This document shows, one piece after another, positions 56,355 to 64,000 of a stretch of 64,000 nucleotides of DNA. The first letter of the stretch is position 1. Each line of letters starts with the position of its first letter. This DNA comes from Macrostomum lignano (lineage: Eukaryota). A program made the translations under genes and the position numbers. The stretch is from the NCBI GenBank assembly GCA_002269645.1, contig NIVC01000945.1, forward strand, positions 186,001-250,000, given 5' to 3'. The notes below the pieces were generated by a model. That model saw only the letters and a program-made list of their open reading frames with translations, ran no database searches and was not told the origin of the DNA.

Positions 56355-59300
56355 TCATCAATCAATCCGATTCACCTACAAGTCCATCATCATGCTATTT
56401 TACCTACCTATTACCTAACAATAACCTAGCAAACTAGCCAGCCACCCCAGACCAGCACTCACCTAGATGCCGCAGCAGCTGGTATTTAACAACACCCTTG
56501 GGCTCCTCGGTCTCGGACACGATGAGCAGGAACTCGCTAAACACTAACAATCTCAATCGATAATTCTCAAATCCGGGCATAGCAACCTCGCGAGTCTGTA
56601 CCAGCTGACAGGTGTGCAAATGGGAGATCTGATCCCTGACTCGGTCCACGTGATCTTTGTCTAGTTTGCAGCGAACCCAGAATGATTTGAATGTTGAACT
56701 CAGAACCAGCTGTCTGCTCAGTTCTTTCAGTCGTACGCTGGTGAAATTGCTGTAGTCAACCACCATCTTGGCTTTCTCTTGGCACTTCTCTAGGTCGGGA
56801 AGATCTCTCTCTGGGGTAGGGTTGGGAAGTTGGGGCAACATCAGGGACAGAGCAGATAGATGGCACAGACATATCAGGGACAGAGCAGATAGATGGCACA
56901 GACACATCAGGGACAGAGCAGATAGATGGCACAGACACATCAGGGAGAGAGCAGATAGATGGCACAGACACATCAGGGAGAGAGCAGATAGATGGCACAG
57001 ACACATCAGGGACAGAGCAGATAGATGGCACAGACACATCAGGGACAGAGCAGATAGATGGCACAGACACATCAGGGAGAGAGCAGATAGATGGCACAGA
57101 CACATCAGGGAGAGAGCAGATAGATGGCACAGACACATCAGGGAGAGAGCAGATAGATGGCACAGACACATCAGGGACAGAGCAGATAGATGGCACAGAC
57201 ACATCAGGGACAGAGCAGATAGATGGCACAGACACATCAGGGACAGAGCAGATAGATGGCACAGACACATCAGGGACAGAGCAGATAGATGGCACAGACA
57301 CATCAGGGAGAGAGCAGATAGATGGCACAGACACATCAGGGAGAGAGCAGATAGATGGCACAGACACATCAGGGAGAGAGCAGATAGATGGCACAGACAC
57401 ATCAGGGAGAGAGCAGATAGATGGCACAGACACATCAGGGAGAGAGCAGATAGATGGCACAGACACATCAGGGACAGAGCAGATAGATGGCACAGACACA
57501 TCAGGGACAGAGCAGATAGATGGCACAGACACATCAGGGAGAGAGCAGATAGATGGCACAGACACATCAGGGAGAGAGCAGATAGATGGCACAGACACAT
57601 CAGGGAGAGAGCAGATAGATGGCACAGACACATCAGGGACAGAGCAGATAGATGGCACAGACACATCAGGGACAGAGCAGATAGATGGCACAGACACATC
57701 AGGGACAGAGCAGATAGATGGCACAGACACATCAGGGACAGAGCAGATAGATGGTACAGACACATCAGGGAGAGCTCCAGACTGAACTCTGTGCCACAAT
57801 AAAGACACTCACCAGCCAGTTTGTAGGAACTCTTGGCCTTCCTGGCGCTCTTGACCGCAGTCTGCAGCAGCAGGAACATCCGCATGGTGAACTGCATATT
57901 CATAGAATAATAGGCTTTGAAATCCAGCCTCTGAGCGGCCTCATGGTGCTCAGCCAGCTGAATAAACCGATTCAATTCGGCATTCTCTCGCCTTAAGGAT
58001 TCCAGCCTGAGTATAATATCGTCTTCATTTCCGGTCGACCGTTTACTTCCGGTGTGAGATCTGCTGCTACGCGAGAAGCCAAAGCTCAAGCTGAGCAGTT
58101 TGAAGTTGAGAAAGTTCTGCTCATCGCTGTACCAGGCTAGCAGTCTCTGACCGAAGCCGGTTATTTTGCCCGTAGCAACAAACTCGTTTAAACTGGGCTT
58201 GCCGATGCACTCTAACAAATTCTTATACAACTGGATGCATCTCGGCACAAAGTGCAAGCCTAATTGTTTCATAATCTCTTGACAGCTCTCCGGCCAGGTG
58301 CGAACGAACAATAAATCCAGAACGGTGAGAGCTCGAACGTGGCTCATGCAAGCAAATAAAATCTCGTGCAAAGCCAATTGATAATCTTTCAATCGATCAA
58401 AGTCCGATTTTGAATCGCCGGTAGTTGAGCGAAGCTGTTGCAAACGGGTGTCAACCTTGTGCTGCACAATGTACTGACCGAAGTCTGACGGCACGTTCTG
58501 TATGTTCTCGTGACTGCTGATGCTCTGGTAGATCTTCTGCCGCTCCGAGTCTGGGTCCTGCGAAATTGCAGATCCAGTGGAGCGAGATCGTTCCCTCTTG
58601 TTCTGTGTATGACTCTAACTGACCCTGTCTGAGTCTAACTGACCCTGTCTGACTCTTACTGACTCTATCTGACTCTTACTGACCCTTTCTGACTCTTACT
58701 GACCCTGTCTGACTCTTACTGACCCTGTCTGACTCTTACTGACTCTATCTGACTCTTACTGACCCTTTATGACTCTTACTGACCCTTTATGACTCTTACT
58801 GACCCTGTCTGACTCTTACTGATCCTGTCTGACTCTTACCGATCCTGTCTGACTCTTACTGATCCTGTCTGACTCTTACTGACCCTGTCTGACTCTTACT
58901 GACTCTATCTGACTCTTACTGACCCTTTATGACTCTTACTGACCCTGCCTGACTCTTACTGACCCTGTCTGACTCTTATTGACTATGTCAGACTCTTATT
59001 TAACCCTTACCTTCTTATCAGCGGGAGAAGAGAAGAATCGAACGTGGTCGACTTTGCCGCCCGTCTCTCTGTCGCTGCTGGAACGGCCGACAGCCACGCC
59101 GCTAGAGGGAGGCGCCAGCTCTCGGCCTGCATGGCGACGGATTCGCATGGGCGATTGAAAAACTGGCTGTGCAGCAAGGCAGAGGGGAGCTGGACAGACA
59201 GACAAGACAAACAGACAGCAGGACAGACTCGCAGATGCAGACAGAAAGACACACACAGCCACAGACAGCCAAACAGAAAGACAGACGCATAGCCAGACAC

Positions 59301-62300
59301 ATAGCCAGACACACAGCCAGACACATAGCCAGACACACAGTCAGACACACAGCCAGACACAGCCAGACACACAGCCAGACACAGCCAGACACACAGCCAG
59401 ACACATAGCCAGACACACAGCCAGACACATAGCCAGACACACAGCCAGACACACAGCCAGACACATAGCCAGACACACAGCCAGACACATAGCCAGACAC
59501 ACAGTCAGACACATAGCCAGACACACAGCCAGACACAGCCAGACACACAGGCAGACACAGGCGGACACATAGCCAGACACACAGCCAGACACAGCCAGAC
59601 ACACAGGCAGACACACAGCCAGACACACAGCCAGACACACAGCCAGACACACAGCAAGACACAGCCAGACACACAGGCAGACACAGGCGGACACATAGCC
59701 AGACACACAGCCAGACACAGCCAGACACACAGGCAGACACACAGCCAGACACACAGCCAGACACACAGCCAGACACATAGCCAGATACACAGGCAGACAC
59801 ACAGCCAGACACAGGCAGACACACAGGCAGACACAGGCAGACACACAGGCAGACACACAGGCAGACACACAGGCAGACACACAGGCAGACACACAGGCAG
59901 ACACACAGGCAGACACACAGGCAGACACACAGGCAGACACACAGCCAGACACAGGCAGACACACAGCCAGACACACAGCCAGACACACAGCCACTCACTG
60001 AAGCTGCCAGCCCGAGGCGGCTGCTGGTCATCGGCATCCAGCGGGCCGACATTTGTCTCGCTGCGAGCGGCCGGCAGAGAAGCTGGCGGAGGCGCCAGCA
60101 TCAAGTCGGCTGCAGATGGTCGGGAGGGCAAAGGTCACGCAATGAGCGCACACTGGGCAGATGACGAGATGATCATATAAACATAGCAAACGATGGGACA
60201 AATCATGCACCAGTGCACAATAGGATTAAAAATTCTGTATTGCATTTAATTGAATTGGCGCGCTGCAGTATTTGTTTATATGCTTAAAGTATAAATATAT
60301 TACTTACGAAGGCAAGCAGAAGTAGCAACTTTGCAATTTGTAATTAAAGACAGACAAAACGGCGGGAAAAGGTGCGAAGCAAGCACACCGACATAAAAAA
60401 CGTCGCATTGAGACAAACCGCAAATTCAACCAATTATTATTAATATGCTCATTATAGTATTGTTACTTTTATTACAGGTTAGATGGTGGTTATAAATTTT
60501 TTTATATTTTTAGTTACGAAACCGCAATTAGCAGGCGTTTCAAGTTTAACTTTAATTTTACCTCATTAGCACCACTTGTGTTAACTAGTATGATTGTTAG
60601 CAATTCAGTTTTGAGTATGCGAAGATTAAGACATTAGATAGACATGAGACTGAGAGATTAGATAGACATGACACTGAGAGTTTAGATAGACGTGAGACTG
60701 ATATGAGATAGACATGACACAGAGAGTTTAGATAGACATGAGAGTGAAAGATTAGATAGACACTGAGAGATTAGATAGACGTGAGACTGAGAGATTAGAT
60801 AGACATGAGAGTGAAAGATTAGATAGACATGACACAGAGAGTTTAGATAGACATGAGACTGATATGAGATAGACATGACACAGAGAGTTTAGATAGACAT
60901 GAGACTGAGACATTAGATAGACATGACACTGAGAGATTAGAGAGATTAGAGAAAAGACATGAGAGTGAGAAATGCGATTAGACACGAGATCAGAGAGATT
61001 AGATTTTACTAACTCTGAATGCAGAAGTTACCCAAGGCCGGATCGCCAGCAGCAGAATTATTAGCACTAGAATAGAGCATAGTAGACGCCGGCCTCTTAT
61101 TGGTAATGACGCCAAAAATGTTAGGCAAGCCTAGCCGGGTCGCAGTGGGGGTGCTGGGAGGATCGCTTTCCGAAGGCGTCAGTGGCTCAAGCGAGAGCGG
61201 AGAAGTCGGCTGCTGCGGCGCCGCGATAGTCAGCTGACTCGGCGCCAATGCACTACCGGCGGAGCCTTTCCGGCCACCGGCGGCGGCGTCGGTTTGGAAT
61301 TCGACGCGATGCTCCTTCGTTGCGGTATTAGTCGACGAAGAAGAGCTCTTACCGCGAAAGCTTTTCGTCTTACCGACTGTCAGAGACAATTGGCGAGTAG
61401 AATAGAGGGAATAAATAGAAGAAAGACTCTTATACCGCTAACTAAAAGTGCACCAGTCAGGTAACGCGTGAACGAAATAAAAATGGAATGCGATACAAAA
61501 CTACTTATAGATTATTAGTAGTATGATGATGATGATGCAGCGTTTAATAAATTAATTTTTATGCATGCGAAATTATAAAATATTTGGCATCGAGAAATGC
61601 CAATTTACGGTGTGAGGGGGCGCTAAATTAGGGGTGTCGCTAGAATAGGGTGTCAGGGAGCGCTAAACTAGGGAGTCAGTAGTCACTAAATTAGGGTGTC
61701 AGTAGTCGCTAAACTAGGGTGTCAGTAGTCCCTAAACTAGGGTGTCAGTAGTCGCTAAACTAGGGTGTCAGCATACGCTAAATTTGGGTGTCAGCAGTCG
61801 CTAAACTAGCTAGGGTGTCAGCAGTCGCTAAACTAGGGTGTCAGTAGTCCCTAAACTAGGGTGTCAGCATACGCTAAACTAGGGTGTCAGTAGTCCCTAA
61901 ACTAGGGTGTCAGTAGTCACTAAATTAGGGTGTCAGTAGTCCCTAAACTAGGGTGTCAGTAGTCACTAAATTAGGGTGTCAGTAGTCCCTAAACTAGGGT
62001 GTCAGCATACGCTAAGCTAGGGTGTCAGCAGTCGCTAAACTAGGGTGTCAGCATACGCTAAACTAGGGTGTCAGTAGTCCCTAAACTAGGGTGTCAGCAT
62101 ACGCTAAACTAGGGTGTCAGTAGTCGCTAAACTAGGGTGTCAGCATACGCTAAATTTGGGTGTCAGCAGTCGCTAAATTGGGGTGCGCCTATTTAATAAA
62201 AATTCGCTAATGACAAATCAAATTTCAATAGGAATTAATAATTTACTATTGCCTCACAGTATGAATCGAGAAAGCAGATGAAGAATTATCACAGCCAAAT

Positions 62301-63952
62301 AATCAATAAATAGCCATATTAGTAGTAACATTTACCTCAGGCAAAGCAAAGAAACTAAAAGCAACAACAACAACAGACTATGAATTTCTATACAAAATTT
62401 AGCACTGATTGTTCACCTTGGTCCTCGCGTATTATACACGAAGCAGGTCTGGGTCGCTTGGCTGTACAAAGTAATTAGTAATAAATTGATGACATAATTT
62501 CGCTTGTATAATTTAACAAAACTAAATACTATAATGAATTGAATGTAAAAAATCAAAAAACGATCTGTAAATCTGAAATGGAAACCGGAAGAACTAACAA
62601 AACAAATACGTCAGCAGTTGCACTCACTTGATAAGCTTTTGTTGGAGTTCCGTTTGCAGGGTAGTGCGGCCAGTTTGTCAGCGCAGTCTTTCACGCGATG
62701 AATTGTGTGACCGCATTCGCCTGTTGTAAAAGTGATGGGTGGGCAGCCATGAGATCCCAGCCCAGTTATATAGGAGGGGCAGCCATGAGATCCCAGCTCA
62801 GTTATATAGGAGGGGCAGCCATGATATCCCAGCTTAGTTATATAGGAGGGGCAGCCATGAGATCCCAGCCCAATTTTGGGAGAGGGGCAGCCATGAGATC
62901 CCAGCCCAATTCAGCCATGAGATCCCAGCTCAATTTCAGCGGTGAGAACCCAGCTTAATTTACCCATGAGATCCCAGCTCAATTCAGCCATGATACCCAA
63001 GCTCAATTTACCCATGAGATCACAGCTCAATTATGGGAGGGGAGCACCCATGAGATCCCAGCTCAATCCAGCCATGAGACCCCAGCTCAATTTACCCATG
63101 AGATCACAGCTCAATTATGGGAGGGGAGCACCCATGAGATCCCAGCTCAATCCAGCCATGAGACCCCAGCTCAATTTACCCATGAGATCACAGCTCAATT
63201 TACCCATGAGATCACAGCTCAATTTACCCATGAGATCCCAGCTCAATTCAGCTATGAGATCCCAGCTCAATTTACCCATGAGATCCCAGCTCAATTCAGC
63301 CATGAAAACCCAGCTCACCGGTGCACAGGTATCCCTGCGGCCCCGGGCCACTCAGCAGAGCCTTGCAGGAGACGCAGTGCCTGATGCTGTGAAAGGACGC
63401 CAGCTCAACGGAATGCGACCCGAAGCGGGTTTTCTCCGACCGACTGCCAGTAAAGATGGACAGTCGTTGCCGATTAACCAAGCCGGCCGCGCCGCTGTTG
63501 CTCCGCTGACAGTTGAATAGCTGCTGACCGACTGGATGATGATCGGAGGACAGAGACGAAGACGGCCCAGACAACGCCATCGAAGAAGCATCGACAGCGG
63601 ACGTGAGGCTGTCAACACTGGCCCCGATATCTGATTGGCCAACTTTCAAATTGTGCGCCATTATTGTAGCCAAGCAGCTGGCTATCAGCTGTTCGCCTAA
63701 GCCGGGCTGCTGGCGCAACAGGCGAAGCTGCTCAGACAGATGAGGCTGCAGTTTAGCCGTGAGAAGGCGCTGCGCGTCAGAACTGCTGGAGCTGACGCCG
63801 CCGCCACCGCGTAGGAGACTGGCGATGGCGGACTCGCAGCCGGGCGGCAGGAAGTCGCCGCCGCCGAGTACGTCGAAACCGTCGCGTTGACGAGCCCGAA
63901 GCCAGGCGCCAGCTGATGAGACTAGATTGGCCAGGGCTGGTCGGACGGCGTT
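41597..63952 (-). CDS. RhoGEF, RGS-RhoGEF family-like (Drosophila RhoGEF2 / ARHGEF11/12-like): RGS-like end, C1, DH, PH; 5' end outside window
   Basis: complement(join(63319..63952,62628..62720,61032..61376,59999..60109,59011..59162,57813..58602,56463..56810,55370..55817,53887..54280,50704..50994,49849..50029,46210..46280,41597..41911)). GT-AG, phases compatible, 4173 nt. C1 HSVELASFHSIRHCVSCKALL..YLCTGECGHTIHRVKDC..C; DH YQLALHEILFACMSHVRALTVLDLLF; PH LRLLVFSEFLLIVSE..KYQLLRHL and CPPIIPMPNV. The last two exons are uncertain. Confidence 0.8.
41960..42320. repeat. 40-bp minisatellite CAGACAGGTGTGTCAGCAATCAGAGATCGTCTCTCTATGT
   Basis: About 8 copies, alternating AATC/AACC variants. Confidence 0.95.
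42760..43200. repeat. ~23-bp minisatellite GATTCTCAGGGTGGATTAGGGGC
   Basis: Related to the 52-54-kb array. Confidence 0.9.
44620..44927 (-). mobile_element. CORE-type (MIR-like) SINE, near full length
   Basis: Reverse complement has A-box GCCTAGTAGTTAGAGCG, B-box GGTTCGATTCCC, a CORE block nearly identical to the 37.1-kb copy, and a (TTA)n tail. Confidence 0.75.
44925..45300. repeat. 18-bp G-rich minisatellite GAGAATGGGGTGGTGGGT
   Basis: Visible period. Confidence 0.95.
46096..46280 (-). CDS. RhoGEF penultimate or terminal exon (internal donor at 46210; alternative stops at 46145 or 46096)
   Basis: cgcag|GC; GC-rich island; GLTSSAGSRRWSTETQTPPPAAGI then gtgagc donor, or read-through to TAG. 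Confidence 0.65.
46285..46710. repeat. 18-bp G-rich minisatellite GACTGGAGTGAGGTGGGT
   Basis: Abuts the acceptor at 46280. Confidence 0.95.
48605..49640. repeat. 27-bp minisatellite TTTGATTGGGTGGCCTTAAAGGTCAAA, split by a MITE
   Basis: Homogeneous at 48605-49003, diverged at 49432-49640. Confidence 0.93.
49009..49430. mobile_element. MITE with ~30-bp TIRs splitting a 27-bp minisatellite
   Basis: ATACTAAAAATAACTAGATGGGCCACTCAG at 49009 and its reverse complement at 49402-49430. Confidence 0.65.
49849..50029 (-). CDS. RhoGEF exon (Q/E-rich)
   Basis: atcag|CAA; QQEAVQQVCNP..HSDDE; donor gtaaat. Confidence 0.7.
50185..50615. repeat. Degenerate G-rich repeat GAATGGAGTGGGTGGGT
   Basis: Related to the 46.3-kb array. 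Confidence 0.85.
50704..50994 (-). CDS. RhoGEF exon (C-terminal region)
   Basis: cccag|TTC; FAQESDQPDTKDGVLVAYKQFEQLLETLPRL..VNPDQ; donor gtgcgt. Confidence 0.85.
51134..52093. mobile_element. Foldback/MULE-type MITE with GCTAGC subrepeat TIRs
   Basis: Left GGGTCTATGAAATTTGCTAGCAGGAAATCTGCTAGCCGAAG; right (rc) GGGAGTACGAAATCTGCTAGCAGGAAATCTGCTAGCCGAAG; same terminal motif as the 8811 element. Confidence 0.75.
52094..53850. repeat. 23-bp minisatellite GATTCTGTAGGGTGATTAGGGGC, ~75 copies
   Basis: Visible period; short seed copy at 51050-51133. Confidence 0.97.
53887..54280 (-). CDS. RhoGEF exon (C-terminal region)
   Basis: agcag|T; TRGSTLTEEKEDD..LQLASELRSQLCSVL..FDAVAE; donor gtgaga. Confidence 0.85.
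54335..54610. repeat. 25-27-bp minisatellite GGTCAGACCACCAACTACTGACAATTA
   Basis: Visible period. Confidence 0.93.
54690..55295. repeat. 28-bp minisatellite GTCAGACCCCCAGAAACTCAAAGGTCAC
   Basis: Visible period. Confidence 0.93.
55370..55817 (-). CDS. RhoGEF exon (PH end)
   Basis: ctcag|GC; QSMSVGG..CPPIIPMPNVIHV..DIVESIKKLQERF..VAS; donor gtgagt. Confidence 0.85.
55990..56355. repeat. (CTGT)n microsatellite
   Basis: Visible. Confidence 0.97.
56463..56810 (-). CDS. RhoGEF exon (DH end + PH start)
   Basis: cccag|AG; RDLPDLEKCQEKAKMVVDYSN..LRLLVFSEFLLIV..LLRHL; donor gtgagt. Confidence 0.9.
56836..57775. repeat. 33-bp minisatellite CATCAGGGACAGAGCAGATAGATGGCACAGACA, ~28 copies
   Basis: Fills a 1002-nt intron within the DH domain. 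Confidence 0.97.
57813..58602 (-). CDS. RhoGEF exon (most of DH domain)
   Basis: cacag|AAC; NKRERS..YQLALHEILFACMSHVRAL..MRMFLLLQTAVKSA..YKLA; donor gtgagt. Confidence 0.9.
58610..59000. repeat. 20-bp minisatellite CTGACCCTGTCTGACTCTTA
   Basis: Fills the intron from donor to acceptor. Confidence 0.95.
59011..59162 (-). CDS. RhoGEF exon (linker)
   Basis: gccag|TT; FQSPMRIRRHAG..FFSSPADKK; donor gtaagg. Confidence 0.75.
59190..59992. repeat. 10-12-bp CAGCCAGACACA repeat
   Basis: Fills the intron. Confidence 0.95.
59999..60109 (-). CDS. RhoGEF exon (linker)
   Basis: tgcag|CC; DLMLAPPPASL..PRAGSF; donor gtgagt. Confidence 0.75.
60630..60970. repeat. 24-bp minisatellite GATAGACATGAGACTGAGAGATTA
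   Basis: Visible period. Confidence 0.9.
61032..61376 (-). CDS. RhoGEF exon (S/P-rich linker)
   Basis: gacag|TC; GKTKSFRGKSSSSS..AGDPAL; donor gtaact. Confidence 0.8.
61620..62190. repeat. 23-bp minisatellite GCTAAACTAGGGTGTCAGTAGTC
   Basis: Visible period. Confidence 0.95.
62628..62720 (-). CDS. RhoGEF exon (C1 second half)
   Basis: aacag|GC; GECGHTIHRVKDCADKLAALPCKRNS; donor gtgagt; completes the Cys/His pattern. Confidence 0.85.
62740..63318. repeat. 24-bp minisatellite CATGAGATCCCAGCTCAATTTACC
   Basis: Runs up to the donor at 63318. Confidence 0.93.
63319..63952 (-). CDS. RhoGEF exon (RGS-like end + C1 first half)
   Basis: cgcag|AAC; NAVRPALANLV..LIASCLATIMAHNLKV..HSVELASFHSIRHCVSC..YLCT; donor gtgagc. 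Confidence 0.85.
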
Positions 63953-64000
63953 CTGCGCGGCGAGCAGACGTTTCTTTATTTATTCATTAATGAATCAGTG

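Noticed and set aside
56434-58494. 686-aa ORF as one exon encoding a Cys/Leu repeat protein
   Set aside because: Canonical splice sites bracket the repeat, and removing it restores a contiguous DH domain.
3008-63520. Other repeat-derived ORFs (PNPLI, SFVTLIIH, LSVC, GCVS, MRSQLN, ATQSNLTFK and similar)
   Set aside because: Each coincides with a tandem array and has no independent sign of coding.

Overview
Eukaryotic (metazoan-type) genomic DNA with GT-AG introns, GC-rich exons, and AT-rich introns and intergenic DNA holding about 35 mostly locus-private minisatellite arrays (modal unit 20-24 bp). This organisation resembles what is reported for the flatworm Macrostomum, but the taxon is an inference. 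Hand-splicing gives four gene models. (1) A complete 10-exon minus-strand gene (7712-21414, 949 aa) with coiled-coil, ZU5, ZU5, UPA and death domain, i.e. DTHD1-like. (2) An intronless minus-strand gene (37481-38443, 320 aa) with an MGSSSS myristoylation motif, an F-box and a C-terminal domain resembling the plant phloem-protein-2 (PP2) lectin fold; this is the most unusual coding feature. (3) A 5'-truncated 13-exon minus-strand RhoGEF (41597->63952; RGS-like end, C1, DH, PH; RhoGEF2/ARHGEF11/12-like) with divergent DH motifs. (4) A weaker, phase-compatible plus-strand exon chain (22.7-36.3 kb) partly caught in a 2.3-kb tandem duplication. Non-coding highlights: minisatellites whose first unit is the splice donor itself, a stop-free 3n intron inside the DH domain, Foldback/MULE-type MITEs (one flanked by a ~100-bp direct duplication), two CORE-type SINEs, Helentron-like HINEs and Penelope-type hammerhead ribozyme motifs. 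Most long ORFs in the supplied track are repeat artefacts. No CRISPR, rRNA or genuine tRNA gene was found. All homology calls come from motif recognition by eye, not database searches.
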